Made by a program: the position numbers and the translations under genes
From: Macrostomum lignano
Taxonomy: Eukaryota
Reading direction: 5' to 3'
NCBI GenBank assembly: GCA_002269645.1
Contig: NIVC01002325.1
Span: forward strand, 62,001-126,000
Length of the DNA stretch: 64,000 nt
Part shown: one piece after another, positions 12,370-25,164 of the stretch
Layout of the letters: every line of letters begins with the position of its first letter
Numbering within the stretch: position 1 is the first letter of the stretch
The notes under the pieces: model-generated
Seen by the model: only the letters and a program-made list of their open reading frames with translations
Told to the model about the DNA's origin: nothing
Databases searched by the model: none

Positions 12370-13035
12370 TGCCTTCTTAGCCTGGCCCTTACCCTTCCTT
12401 CTGGCCCTTACCCTGCCTTCTGGCCCTTACCCTCCCCTCTGGCCCTCACCCTTCTGACTCTCACCCTTCCTTCTGACTCTCACCCTGCTTCTGACCCTCA
12501 CCCTGCCTTCTGACCCTCACCCTGCCTTCTGACCCTTACCCTGTCTTCTGACCCTCACCCTGCCTTCTGACCCTCACCCTGCCTTCTGACCCTTACCCTG
12601 CCTTCTGACCCTCACCCTGCCTTCTGACCCTTACCCTGCCTTCTGACCCTTACCCTGCCTTCTGACCCTCACCCTGCCTTCTGACCCTCACCCTGCCTTC
12701 TGACCCTCACCCTGCCTTCTGGCCCTTACCCTGCCTTCTGACCCTCACCCTGCCTTCTGACCCTCACCCTGCCTTCTGACCCTTACCCTGCCTTCTGACC
12801 CTCACCCTGCCTTCTGACCCTTACCCTGCCTTCTGACCCTTACCCTGCCTTCTGACCCTCACCCTGCCTTCTGACCCTCACCCTGCCTTCTGACCCTCAC
12901 CCTGCCTTCTGGCCCTTACCCTGCCTTCTGACCCTCACCCTGCCTTCTGACCCTCACCCTGCCTTCTGGCCCTTACCCTGCCTTCTGACCCTCACCCTGC
13001 CTTCTAACCCTTACCCTGCCTTCTCACCCTGACCT
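12370..13035. repeat. 19-bp pyrimidine-rich tandem array
   Basis: Unit CCCTGCCTTCTGACCCT(C/T)A. Confidence 0.95.
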
Positions 13036-13228
13036 TCCTTCTCAGCTCCAGTCCCAGGGAGCCTTCGTAAGCTTAGGCCTCAGGAGCCCCAGACCGCCAT
13101 TCCGCACAAAATTAGCGACGCAAAGCTTTTGGAATGGGAGGCTTTACTTCAGTATAATTGATCCATTCAGAATCAAGCTGCTTTCTAGGAAAGCAAAATC
13201 TCGCCCCGCACCTCTTGCAGCTCCGGCC

Positions 13229-14553
13229 ATGTCTCAGAGCTCCGACTTCACCAGCTCCGTCAGGCAGCTGCCGCACAGGCTGCTCAGAGCTCACGTGATC
13301 ATGGGTGCCATCCAGATCACCGTGGGCTGCCTGGTGCTCTACTCAAACATCTACTCACTGCTTGCCGGGGATTTCACTGCCAGCAGCAGAAGGACCTTCT
13401 CGGGATTCTGGACTTTCCCTGTCTTCATCGCCGCCGGGGCCACCGGCCTGGCTGGCGGCCGCGGCCGCTCCAACACGCGCTGCTGTCTCATTGGCTGCCT
13501 GGTGCTCAGCAGCCTGGCCGCCATCGTGAGCGCTGGCGCCATCGCGGTGAACATCTTCATGTGCTTCCATCAGTTTGGCTTCGCCAGCTACGCAGATATT
13601 CTGTGGCTGCTGACCTACCTGCTTGAGACCGTGGTGGCCATCGTGCAGGTGAGCCCTTCTCTCTCGCCTGATCCCTGTGTCTGAGGCCCATCTGTCACAA
13701 GACTGTGTGAGTGACAGTTCTGAGAAGACATGTGGCAGTTAGTCTATATTCTCGTACAGGCCCGTGGCAGTCTGGTTCTTACAGGCTCTTACAGACTCTT
13801 ACAGACTTACAGACTCTTACAGGCTCTTACAGACTTACAGGCTCTTACAGGCTCTTACAGACTCTTACAGACTCTTACAGACTTACAGACCCTTACAGAA
13901 TCTTACAGACTCTTACAGACTCTTACATACTTACAGACTCTTACAGACTCTTACAGACTCTTACAGACTTACAGACACTCTTACAGACTTACAGACTCTT
14001 ACAGGCTCTAACAGACTTACAGACTCTTACAGACTTACAGACTCTTACCGACTTACAGACTCTTACAGGCTCTTACAGACTTACAGACTCTTACAGACTC
14101 TTACAGACTTACAGACTCTTACAGACTCTTACAGACTTACAGACTCTTACAGACTCTTACAGACTCTTACAGGCTCTTACAGACTTACAGACCCTTACAG
14201 ACTCTTACAGACTTACAGACTCTTACAGACTTACAGACCCTTACAGACCCTTACAGACTCTTACAGACTCTTACAGACTCTTACAGACTCCTCCAGACTC
14301 TTCCAGAATCTTACAGACACCTACAGTCAGTCCATTGCAATCACGTGACAGTCATCGTGCTGGTCATCGCCAGCCTTTTCTCATTTTCAAATCCAAAATT
14401 TCATCTCAGGTCGTCTTCGCCAGCCGCGCCGTCTGCTGCCGCTTCCCGCCTGCCGACAGTAGCGACGGTCGCCGCGGCCCCCTGGCGGTGCAGCTGGGCG
14501 ACTCGGGAGACGGCGCTGCCTACGCCACCAAAACTGGCAACAGCTACATGTAG
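13229..14553 (+). CDS. MS4A/CD20-like protein, 187 aa; exons 13229-13648 and 14410-14553
   Basis: LLRAHVIMGAIQITVG and GFWTFPVFIAAG; CAG|GTGAG donor and TCTCAG acceptor join in phase 0 to give AIVQVVFASRAVCC. Confidence 0.85.
13780..14310. repeat. Intronic 8/10-bp CTTACAGACT array
   Basis: Direct inspection. Confidence 0.95.
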
Positions 14554-14714
14554 GCGGCGGCAGCTGCGCAACGCCGAACTTCTTCAGCTGGAACTGGAGA
14601 CGGAAATTGAGGCACTTTCTGGTTTTAGTGACTCAGTTGCACTGGTGGATTGAGTGGATCGGTGTGCTCAAGCTGAACTGCTTTATTGCTTTTTTAAAAA
14701 CATTTTTTGAGTTT

Positions 14715-15240
14715 TTGAATCTGAAGCGCTACCGCATTCTGAATCACTGAAACTGAAGCGCTACCGCATTCTGAATCTCTGAATCTGAAGCGCTACCGCA
14801 TTCTGAATCTCTGAATCTGAAGCGCTACCGCATTCTGAATCACTGAATCTGAAGCGCTACCGCATTCTGAATCTCAGAATCTGAAGCGCTACCGCATTCT
14901 GAATCTCTGAATCTGAAGCGCTACCGCATTCTGAATCACTGAATCTGAAGCGCTACCGCATTCTGAATCTCTGAATCTGAAGCGCTACCGCATTCTGAAT
15001 CACTGAATCTGAAGCGCTACCGCATTCTGAATCTCAGAATCTGAAGCGCTACCGCATTCTGAATCACTGAAACTGAAGCGCTACCGCATTCTGAATCACT
15101 GAATCTGAAGCGCTACCGCATTCTGAATCTCTGAATCTGAAGCGCTACCGCATTCTGAATCTCTGAAACTGAAGCGCTACTGCATTCTGAATCTCTGAAT
15201 CTGAAGCGCTATCGCATTCTGAATCACTGAATCTGAAGCG
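14715..15240. repeat. 32-bp tandem array
   Basis: Unit CTACCGCATTCTGAATC(T/A)CTGAATCTGAAGCG. Confidence 0.95.
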
Positions 15241-15714
15241 AATTTTTTTCAATTTTAAGCTTGTAGTGTCATTATAAAAAATTCATTACACTAATTTTGA
15301 ATTTATAGTTCTGTTTTTATTGAGTAGCGAGTCGGTGCTAAAAATCTCAAGGCTCTGTTTGCGTAGACAATGATTTTTATTAGTCTGTTAAATCGTATTT
15401 ATTTAAGCTGCTGTTTTGGCCAACAATGAATTGCTTTGAACTTTTTTTGCTTTCTTTACATTCAATGAAGTCTCAGGAAAAGGTTGTTTTTGAAACGCAT
15501 TATTTGAAACGCAAAAAAAATTCATAATCAAGTTTATCAATATCAGCTTATAAACTTCGTGCTTTTATTAACTTCCATCACTTACCAATGACTTCATAAC
15601 AACTTCAATTTGCTGTGCCGCTCGAGTGTGTGCTGTAACACATCAATATTTATAAATTGTTTTAATCATTAGCTTGAGTAGGCTTTGCTCTGTCTCTTAT
15701 TTTCAATCATTTAC

Positions 15715-16395
15715 GGAGTCTAGTGGGGAATCTAATAGAGAATCTAGTGGGGTATCTAATGGGGAATCTAATAGAGAATCTAGTGGGGTATCTAATGGGG
15801 AATCTAATGGGGAATCTAGGGGGTATCTGGCGGAAAATATAGTGGGTAATCTAGTGGGAAGCTGTTGGGAAATCTATCGGGGAATCTGACGGGGAAAATA
15901 GCAGGGAATCTATTGAGTTTATCTAGTTGGAAATCCAGCAGGAAATCTGGTGGGAATCTCTGTGGGAATCTATTTGGGAATTTGGTGGGGAATCTAGCAG
16001 GGAATCTGGTGTGGAATCTGGTGGGGTATCTAGCAGGGAATCTGTTGGGGAATCTAGCAGGGAATCTGGTGGGGAATCTAGCAGGGAATCTGGTGTGGAA
16101 TCTAGTGGGTATCTAGCAGCAGCAGGGAATCTGGTGTGGAATCTGGTGGGGTATCTAGCAGGGAATCTGTTGGGGAATCTAGCAGGGAATCTGGTGTGGA
16201 ATCTGGTGGAGTATCTAGCAGGGAATCTGTTGGGGAATCTAGCAGGGAATCTGGTGGGGTATCTAGCAGGGAATCTGTTCGGGAATCTAGCAGGGAATCT
16301 GTTCGGGAATCTAGCAGGGAATCTGGTGGGGCATCTAGCAGGGAATCTGTTCGGGAATTTAGCAGGGAATCTGGTGGGGAATCTGGTGAGGAACC
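15715..16395. repeat. 12-bp-based GGGAATCT array
   Basis: Units GGGAATCTAGCA and GGGAATCTGGTG. Confidence 0.9.
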
Positions 16396-16474
16396 TGCTA
16401 TGAAACTTTACTGGGGAATTTTACTGGGAGCAGGCAGGGGCTGATCGCCATTGCCGCATTCACTTCAGTCCCGC

Positions 16475-16942
16475 ATGAAGGCGGCCGCAGCGGGCAGTGA
16501 CGTCATTCTCAGCAGCGAAGAACCCCCCGTCAGTCGGGCGCCCGGTGCAGGTCACGTGATTGCTGGGGTCTCCCAGATCAGCCTTGGCTGCCAGGTCGCC
16601 TTCGTGACTGCCGTCTGCCTGCTGGCCGGCATTCGCCCGGGCTTCGGAATCTGGACCGGCCCGCTCTTCATCACTGCTGGGGCGGTGGGGCTGCGGGCAG
16701 CAGGCGGCGGGCGCTGCGCCACTCGATTCGCCTGCGCCGCGCTTAGCGCCGGCGCTCTCTGCGCCTCCGCCTGCGCCATCGCCGCGAGCTCTGCGGCCAC
16801 CGCGGCTGGCTGCGGGCGCCAACCTGCCGATGTCCTCCTGCTGCTGCTGCACCTCGCCGAGCTGCCGGCTGCTGGCCTGCAGGCCGCGTCGGCCCTGAGC
16901 AGCTCGGAGCAGAGAGCGGAGCTCCGGCTTGGACTGCCCTGA
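16475..16942 (+). CDS. Divergent, Ala-rich MS4A-like protein, single exon
   Basis: GHVIAGVSQISLG, GIWTGPLFITAG and ADVLLLLLHLAE align with family TM1, TM2 and TM4; no Cys cluster or PY tail. Confidence 0.65.
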   Translation: MKAAAAGSDVILSSEEPPVSRAPGAGHVIAGVSQISLGCQVAFVTAVCLLAGIRPGFGIWTGPLFITAGAVGLRAAGGGRCATRFACAALSAGALCASACAIAASSAATAAGCGRQPADVLLLLLHLAELPAAGLQAASALSSSEQRAELRLGLP

Positions 16943-17414
16943 TTTATCAAACACTTCCAGTGCAGTTGGATTCGCTGATGTTGTTTGGCATTTTTCTTTT
17001 TGTACGCGCAGAATTTTTGATTGAAGAGCCTTTGATACTTGTAATGAAGTAGACTCTATATTTATGCGTACCCGCACCATCACCGAAACTTTTTAAGGCT
17101 TTCACTTTTCTACTCCGTGCCTTTTGTTAGCAAAACACTGCTTTCATCCGCATTGCCAGCTTTTGATAGATTTGTTGATTTGCTAGGTATAGCTTTTATA
17201 AATCTTGCGGGGCTTCTGCTGTCTTCTGTTATAGAGCCACCAAACCTTTTTGAGCCATCAGATACACCGTTGAGTAATCAGATACTCTGCTGAGTCATGC
17301 TGAGTCATGAAATTCTGGTTGCTTGTCAGATCTTTTGCCACAAGTACACACTCCCGAGTGTGCGACCGCTCTTGTTGGCACTCCAGTATGTTGGGAGCTT
17401 TCGATTTTTCATTT

Positions 17415-18308
17415 GATGAGATTAGGAGTTTGAGATAGTCTTGCAGGAGAGATTAGGAGTTTGAGATAGTCTTGCAGGAGAGATTAGGAGTTTGAGATGG
17501 TCTTGCAGGAGAGATTAGGAGTTTGAGATAGTCTTGCAGGAGAGATTAGGAGTTTGAGATGGTCTTGCAGGATAGATTAGGAGTTTGAGATGGTCTTGCA
17601 GGATAGATTAGGAGTTTGAGATAGTCTTGCAGGATAGATTAAGAGTTTGAGATGGTCTTGCAGGAGATATTAGGAGTTTGAGATAGTCTTGCAGGATAGA
17701 TTAGGAGTTTTAGATGGTCATGCAGGAGATATTAGGAGTTTGAGATAGTCTTGCAGGAGAGATTAGGAGTTTGAAATAGTCTTGCAGGATAGATTAGGAG
17801 TTTGAGATGGCCTGGTTGGAGAGATTAGGAGTTCGGGATGGCCTGGTTGGAGAGATTAGGAGTTCGGGATGGCCTGGTTGGAGAGATTAGGAGTTCGGGA
17901 TGGCCTGGTTGGAGAGATTAGGAGTTCGGGATGGCCTGGTTGGAGAGATTAGGAGTTCGGGATGGCCTGGTTGGAGAGATTAGGAGTTCGGGATGGCCTG
18001 GTTGGAGAGATTAGGAGTTCGGGATGGCCTGGTTGGAGAGATTAGGAGTTCGGGATGGCCTGGTTGGAGAGATTAGGAGTTCGGGATGGCCTGGTTGGAG
18101 AGATTAGGAGTTCGGGATGGCCTGGTTGGAGAGATTAGGAGTTCGGGATGGCCTGGTTGGAGAGATTAGGAGTTCGGGATGGCCTGGTTGGAGAGATTAG
18201 GAGTTCGGGATGGCCTGGTTGGAGAGATTAGGAGTTCGGGATGGCCTGGTTGGAGAGATTAGGAGTTCGGGATGGCCTGGTTGGAGAGATTAGGAGTTCG
18301 GGATGGCC
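17415..18308. repeat. 31-bp array with two variant domains
   Basis: GAGATTAGGAGTTTGAGATAGTCTTGCAGGA switches at ~17805 to GAGATTAGGAGTTCGGGATGGCCTGGTTGGA. Confidence 0.95.
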
Positions 18309-18669
18309 TACGAACGTTCAACCTGCGCACAAGTCGCTTTGTTTGTATTCCAGCGATGAAGGCGGCAGCTGGAAGACCTGACAGCTCAACCATCGGTGAC
18401 GTGTACTGGCCCGAGTTTTTACCGTGGTTACCTGATTCTCCACCGTAGCCAGCAACTTCGAGTCGAGCTGGAAATAATTCAGGTGAACTCCCGGATTTAT
18501 GTTAAAGTTTTCACCTGGTAAGAATTGTTTTTTTAACCCAATGGAAGATTGCTCATCCTGTGGTCCAGTGTCCGCACAGATTAGCAGTTGAAAGTGAAAA
18601 CTACGGTCGTAGTAAACAGTAATTGCGCTTGTTCATTTTAAGATCGTTAGGCCAAATTTATCGCTACCG

Positions 18670-19325
18670 CGTGCATCAGATTTCAAGCTTTTGCATCAGT
18701 TATCTAACATGTTGCATCAGATTTCAAGCTTATGCATCAGTTATCTAACATGTTGCATCAGATTTCAAGCTTTTGCATCAGTTATCTAACATGTTGCATC
18801 AGATTTCAAGCTTTTGCATCAGTTATCTAACATGTTGCATCAGATTTCAAGCTTATGCATCAGTTATCTAACATGTTGCATCAGATTTCAAGCTTTTGCA
18901 TCAGTTATCTAACATGTTGCATCAGATTTCAAGCTTTTGCATCAGTTATCTAACATGTTGCATCAGATTTCAAGCTTATGCATCAGTTATCTAACATGTT
19001 GCATCAGATTTCAAGCTTTTGCATCAGTTATCTAACATGTTGCATCAGATTTCAAGCTTATGCATCAGTTATCTAACATGTTGCATCAGATTTCAAGCTT
19101 TTGCATCAGTTATCTAACATGTTGCATCAGATTTCAAGCTTATGCATCAGTTATCTAACATGTTGCATCAGACGCCAAGCGCACGCACCAGACCCCAAGC
19201 GCACGCATCAGACGCCAAGCGCACGCATCAGACGCCAAGCGCACGCATCAGACGCCAAGCGCACGCATCAGACACCAAGCGCACGCACCAGACACCAAGC
19301 GCACGCATCAGACGCCAAGCGCGTG
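18670..19325. repeat. 41-bp array followed by a related 20-bp array
   Basis: GCATCAGATTTCAAGCTTTTGCATCAGTTATCTAACATGTT, then from ~19165 GCATCAGACGCCAAGCGCAC. Confidence 0.95.
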
Positions 19326-19615
19326 CATACAGACAGACGGTGAACGCGTGCTCAAAAAAGCACAGCTCGACTTTTTCATAGCGCATGTTTCTCCAATGGG
19401 GCAGCGCTATCAGGTGGATTGGCGCCCGAGTGGCACGAGTATTTCGCTCGTGTATTTAGCAACGGGGTCAAAGTCTTCTTCCCTGCCGGCCCGCTGCCGC
19501 ATGCCCGTTCTCTATAAGAAGCTGCGGCTTCTCCGACGACTACCAGTCGTCTCGCCCGTCTGCCGCCCAGCTTTCTTGCGCTCAGCCCAGTTGTTTTCAG
19601 CCACCACTTGCAGAA

Positions 19616-20433
19616 ATGATCAGATCGTCGCAGTCGCCCTCCAGCGTCCAGTCGCTGTCCAGCTTTGCCAAGCGGGTGCCCACCTGGGCGCTCAGAGGCC
19701 TGCTGTACACCGGCAGCTTCCAGTTGGTCTTCGGCTTCTTCACCGTCTGCGCGTCCTTCCACGCCCTCCGGAGCTGCGGCCAGCTCAGTTCCGAAGTCTT
19801 GTGCGGCTTCATATCGGGCTCGGTGTCCATCTCTGCTGGGGCCGCAGGGCTGGCCGCTGGCAGGGGCCGCATCAGCAGCTACTTCTACATGGTCACCAGC
19901 GCCATCCTCAGCGTCCTGGCTGCCTGCCTCGGCACCCTCGCCATCGCCCTCCTTGGCCTGACTTTTGCTCGAGGAGGCACCGACTCCGACTTCAGTGTTT
20001 CCGATGGGCTGCGCGTTGTGCTGTTCCTGCTTGAGCTGTGCGTGGCTGTCATGCAGGTGAGCCATGCTCTTATCAGTTGTCAGAATTCACTACTTTATAA
20101 ATAGTAGAGCTGCCTACCTTTCCAGGGGATTCCCCTGCCCCATTGTCTGGCGGTAACAGCTACACATTACTGTTAGTAGTAAGTTTAAATGATTTGATGC
20201 ACTTTAAATTGCAGACCGCCTTGGCCGGCCGCTACGCCTGCTGCCCTGCCAGCTCCGCCGTGGCCCCGAACGGTGGCGCCCAGGTGATGTCGGAGCTCGC
20301 CGTCACGGTGGAGTCGGGCCGCGCTCCGCCTGCCTACCCTGGCTGGGCCACAGCCAGCTGGAAGGTCAACGTGCCATCGCCGCCGACCTACGAGGAGGCG
20401 CTGGCCGGCCCAGCACTGAGCGCCCATCATTGA
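19616..20433 (+). CDS. MS4A/CD20-like protein, 219 aa; exons 19616-20056 and 20215-20433
   Basis: KRVPTWALRG...FQLVFG and LFLLELCVAVMQ; CAG|GTGAG...TTGCAG phase-0 intron; tail with YACC, PPAY and PPTY. Confidence 0.85.
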
Positions 20434-21702
20434 TTTCCTCCTGCCCGAATCTGCCTCAGTTTTTATGTAGAGCATCGCCCTCTGTTTTGGCTGAGTCTCC
20501 GGCAATGGCGGTTCCCGTTCGAGCTTAGCGACTCTGCTTTTACTTATGCTTACTTATGCTTACCTATGCTTACTTATGCTTACTGTATATGCCTTGTCTG
20601 CGACTGAGTACACTGTTCCACATTCAATCTAATATTCGCTTTCAATTTGGTTTTGTTCCAATTCTTCCAAAGTCAATCGCGGTGCTAAGCAGCTGTTGAA
20701 CAGAGCAAATAGATTCCAGAATATTCTGATGATTATAGTAAATTCTATTGGCTAAAGCAAAGATCAAAAAGCCTTAATGTCTTGTGACCGCTTGAGCGGT
20801 GAAGTGTCCTGCGACGTCGGCTGTGTGATCCTGCCGGTTTCCAGTGTATCAGCTAAGGTGTTGAGTGTCTTGCGACGTCGGTTGTTTGATCCTGCCGGCT
20901 TCAAGTGTATCTGCTAAGGTGGTGCCTGTGCAAATTTCCTTCTGTCATTAGATGATTAAAGCAACTTGCCCGCGCGCCTGACAGGCAAATGGCTTACTTA
21001 CAGCTAGGTCTACTCCAAGCATTGACATTTCAATAGTAATTTTTATAGTGCATTTAAAGCAAGACAAATTGGCCTTGACTTAATTGTATTAACTGTTCAC
21101 TTTGTAATCTTTTCACGGTTCCACTTGAACTTGCGCTCGTAAGTAGAGAGTGAAGTTGTAAAAATAACCTACAATACCGGTCATTCCATAGAAATAAAGG
21201 TTCTCCTTTCTGTCCATAGCGAGTACAGCAGTGTCCTTCCTTTGAAAAGTTCCCTGTAAGTTTGGCAACTATAGTGGTAAAAAATCTGTGCTAATGCTGG
21301 AGGGGAGGGGCAGTACGAAAGTTTTTAGCCACACATAAAAGGAAATGGATTTGTAGCTGAAACCCCGTCTGACGGTTGCTTATAAGGGAGCAGCAGCGGC
21401 GAAAGCTGCTAAGAGCGTTTCATTGCACTGGTAGCTATTAAGGCTGCTGAGATAATCGTAAAGTACTCGTGATTCCGTTCCATGAACTCAGCTGGAAAGT
21501 GAAGTACAGCTAGTGAGATTGCAAGAATATTATGAAAATTTAGAGCATTGAAATTTTTGACGTCATTGACGTCAGTGACCAGCTCAGTACAGTGACCTTC
21601 GATTTGTATAAATTTTATTTGAGCTACGAAGCGCCTATAGGCAGTGGCGGCCGGTCGTGAAGGCCAAAGCCCAAGACTTGACGGGTGTTGCTATGCTGTG
21701 CT

Positions 21703-22578
21703 CATGATCCCACAGTTGCTGAGCTCATGATCCCACAGTTGCTGAGCTCATGATCCCACAGTTGCTGAGCTCATGATCCCACAGTTGCTGAGCTCATGAT
21801 CCCAAAGTTGCTGAGCTCATGATCCCACAGTTGCTGAGCTCATGATCCCAAAGTTGCTGAGCTCATGATCCCAAAGTTGCTGAGCTCATGATCCCACAGT
21901 TGCTGAGCTCATGATCCCACAGTTGCTGAGCTCATGATCCCACAGTTGCTGAGCTCATGATCCCACAGTTGCTGAGCTCATGATCCCACAGTTGCTGAGC
22001 TCATGATCCCACAGTTGCTGAGCTCATGATCCCACAGTTGCTGAGCTCATGATCCCACAGTTGCTGAGCTCATGATCCCACAGTTGCTGAGCTCATGATC
22101 CCACAGTTGCTGAGCTCATGATCCCACAGTTGCTGAGCTCATGATCCCACAGTTGCTGAGCTCATGATCCCACAGTTGCTGAGCTCATGATCCCACAGTT
22201 GCTGAGCTCATGATCCCACAGTTGCTGAGCTCATGATCCCACAGTTGCTGAGCTCATGATCCCAAAGTTGCTGAGCTCATGATCCCACAGTTGCTGAGCT
22301 CATGATCCCACAGTTGCTGAGCTCATGATCCCACAGTTGCTGAGCTCATGATCCCAAAGTTGCTGAGCTCATGATCCCAAAGTTGCTGAGCTCATGATCC
22401 CAAAGTTGCTGAGCTCATGATCCCAAAGTTGCTGAGCTCATGATCCCACAGTTGCTGAGCTCATGATCCCACAGTTGCTGAGCTCATGATCCCAAAGTTG
22501 CTGAGCTCATGATCCCAAAGTTGCTGAGCTCATGATCCCACAGTTGCTGAGCTCATGATCCCACAGTTGCTGTACTCG
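21703..22578. repeat. 23-bp tandem array, about 38 copies
   Basis: Unit GCTCATGATCCCACAGTTGCTGA. Confidence 0.95.
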
Positions 22579-22756
22579 TGATCCCCACAAAGCTGCAGAA
22601 TGTTGCAAAGAGTATCAATTTTTTCGTATAGAAAATCATTGAAATTATGCATTTCTTAGTTTTTTAGTTTGTTTTTTATTTTCCGTTGCATTTAATTCTT
22701 CTCTCATTATTTCTGCTTGCCATTTTTTTAGATGACGGAAGCGACTCCAAAAGGCG

Positions 22757-23172
22757 AGGTTCTGACCGATAATTTGTCAGCATGGCGAGGTTCTGACCGA
22801 TAATTTGTCAGCATGGCGAGGTTTTGACCGATAATTTGTCAGCATGGCGAGGTTTTGACCGATAATTTGTCAGCATGGCGAGGTTTTGACCGATAATTTG
22901 TCAGCATGGCGAGGTTTTGACCGATAATTTGTCAGCATGGCGAGGTTTTGACCGATAATTTGTCAGCATGGCGAGGTTTTGACCGATAATTTGTCAGCAT
23001 GGCGAGGTTTTGACCGATAATTTGTCAGCATGGCGAGGTTTTGACCGATAATTTGTCAGCATGGCGAGGTTCTGACCGATAATTTGTCAGCATGGCGAGG
23101 TTCTGACCGATAATTTGTCAGCATGGCGAGGTTCTGACCGATAATTTGTCAGCATGGCGAGGTTCTGACCGA
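22757..23172. repeat. 31-bp tandem array
   Basis: Unit GGCGAGGTTTTGACCGATAATTTGTCAGCAT. Confidence 0.95.
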
Positions 23173-23500
23173 TTCAGTATGGCGAACTTCAGCATGGCGA
23201 GTGTTGGCGAGGTTTTTCACGTAGTGTTGAATGAATCGCAGCTGTTTGATTGTCCAATAGTACTTTGTCTACCATTGCGCACTGTAGTGAGCAATGTGTC
23301 CGAAGCAAAGCATACTCAGCGTTAATTTTGCCGAGGCAATTTCGCTTGACAGCGTCATCAGCTCGACTTTCGCCCCGAGGCCTCGCCTGCTGCGGCGGTC
23401 AGGCGGCACGTTTTAATCAATTTTCCTACTGAGCTCCGGCGCTGCGCTTTGAAGTCTGCTCTTCGGTCTTTTGGATCTGTTGAGTCTTTTCCAACATCGG

Positions 23501-24102
23501 ATGTCAGAGCTCACCGACTACGCCAGGCGGGTGCGGCCCGGTGGGCTCGGCGGCCTGCTGATCACTGCCACCGCCCAGCTCGTGTTTGGCTGCGTCGCCA
23601 TCTACGTTGCCGTGCGGGGCTTCCTGGGCGACCGGCCCGTCGCCATCGAGTCCGTCTTCGCGGCCGCTGCCGTCCCGGTGACCAGCAGACGGGGTACCCA
23701 GGCCAGCAGACGGCATACCCAGGCCAGCAGACGGGATACCCAGGCCAACAGACGGGATACCCAGGCCAACAGACGGGATACCCAGACCAGCAGACCGGAT
23801 ACCCAGGCCAGAAGACGGGATACCCAGGCCAACAGACGGGATACCCAGGCCAGAAGACGGGATACCCAGGCCAGAAGACGGGATACCCAGGCCAACAGAC
23901 GGGATACCCAGACCAGCAGACCGGATACCCAGGCCAACAGACGGGATACCCAGGCCAGCAGACGGGATACCCAGGCCAACAGACGGGATACCCAGGCCAG
24001 CAGACGGGATACCCAGGCCAGTCATCAGCGCAACAGCCGTCTCTGCCGCCGCCTTACGCTTGCGTTGCCGAGCACGGAGGACATGCGGTGGCGAAGCTTT
24101 GA
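23501..24102 (+). pseudogene. Internally deleted MS4A-like gene: TM1 joined to the end of TM4 and a 16-heptad tail, with a -1 frameshift at ~23665; pseudogene or single-pass variant
   Basis: [11 protein letters not shown]...AQLVFG...VAIESVFA, then in a shifted frame RCRPG-(GQQTGYP)x16-...LPPPY. Confidence 0.7.
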
Positions 24103-24544
24103 GTAGCGGCGATCGCTTCGGATTAAAAATAATCTTATAGACGAAAGTTAGCTTAGACATTCTTCAGGCTTGACGCCGATTCAGTTCGTTATCGCTACTC
24201 TTAGTAGACTAGTTAGCGTTCGGAATCGATTTTTTTGTTGTGTGAAGGCTTTATATTGTCCTACACCGGATCGCACAATCCCAAATTCTTTGCAGCGTTT
24301 CTTCATGCGATATTTTTGTCTGAGCTGGCTATTAACTAAATATTTTATTGCACCTTCATTTCTAGTCAGATCGCTGGAAAACTATTTTGGACGTTTTGTC
24401 TTCTACATTGAAGCTTCTTCTCCAGTTTTCTGCCTTTTTTCTACCGGTTTTGCAGCACCTTGCGGCGTTGTATCTGCCAGTATTTTGCTCCGCTATTGCA
24501 GAAATGTTCTTATCAGCAGCCAGCGCTTGTATGCATAGCTTTTA

Positions 24545-24765
24545 TGGCCAGTCCCAGCTTCCCTGCCTGAGTGCCAGCAGTGGTAGCCTGCCAGTCCCAG
24601 CTTCCCTGCCTGAGTGCCAGCAGTGGCAGCCCTGCCAGTCCCAGCTTCACTGCCTGAGTGCCAGCAATGGCAGCCTGCCAGTCCCAGCTTCCCTGCCTGA
24701 GTGCCAGCAGTGGTAGCCTGCCAGTCCCAGCTTCCCTGCCTGAGTGCCAGCAATGGCAGCCTGAG
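24545..24765. repeat. ~43-bp tandem array
   Basis: Unit GCCAGTCCCAGCTTCCCTGCCTGAGTGCCAGCAGTGGTAGCCT. Confidence 0.9.
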
Positions 24766-25164
24766 CCCTGCCTGAAGTCTGAGATAGACCGCATCTCTGT
24801 TTAAGTTAGCACACTGATGCTTGGCCAGTGACTAAGGAAATGAAGCCAATCTGTGGTATTGCAGCTTTTTTAACCAATATTTTTATCCATGATCTGCATT
24901 CCGTTTAGCGGCGATAATCACAAATTTTATCGGACAGTGTGTTGGTTTTTTATTCCAATTTAGCTTCATCTGTTCAGCTTTTTATAACGCTGCAGTTTAT
25001 TGCTGAATTTGAAATTCATTTTGCACTCGTCGGCCTTCGAGACTGGAGAATATTAACTATTAAACAGATCTTGGCATGCCAATCTATTTTGAGCTATCAT
25101 ACGCTCGTGTTTTATCTTTTCTGTTTAGACTTATTAATTTTTTCCGTTTTAGGTTGTTGCTTAC

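Noticed and set aside
18356-18448. 30-codon ORF starting MKAAAG like the 16475 gene
   Set aside because: Similarity limited to a few codons; no TM or further homology
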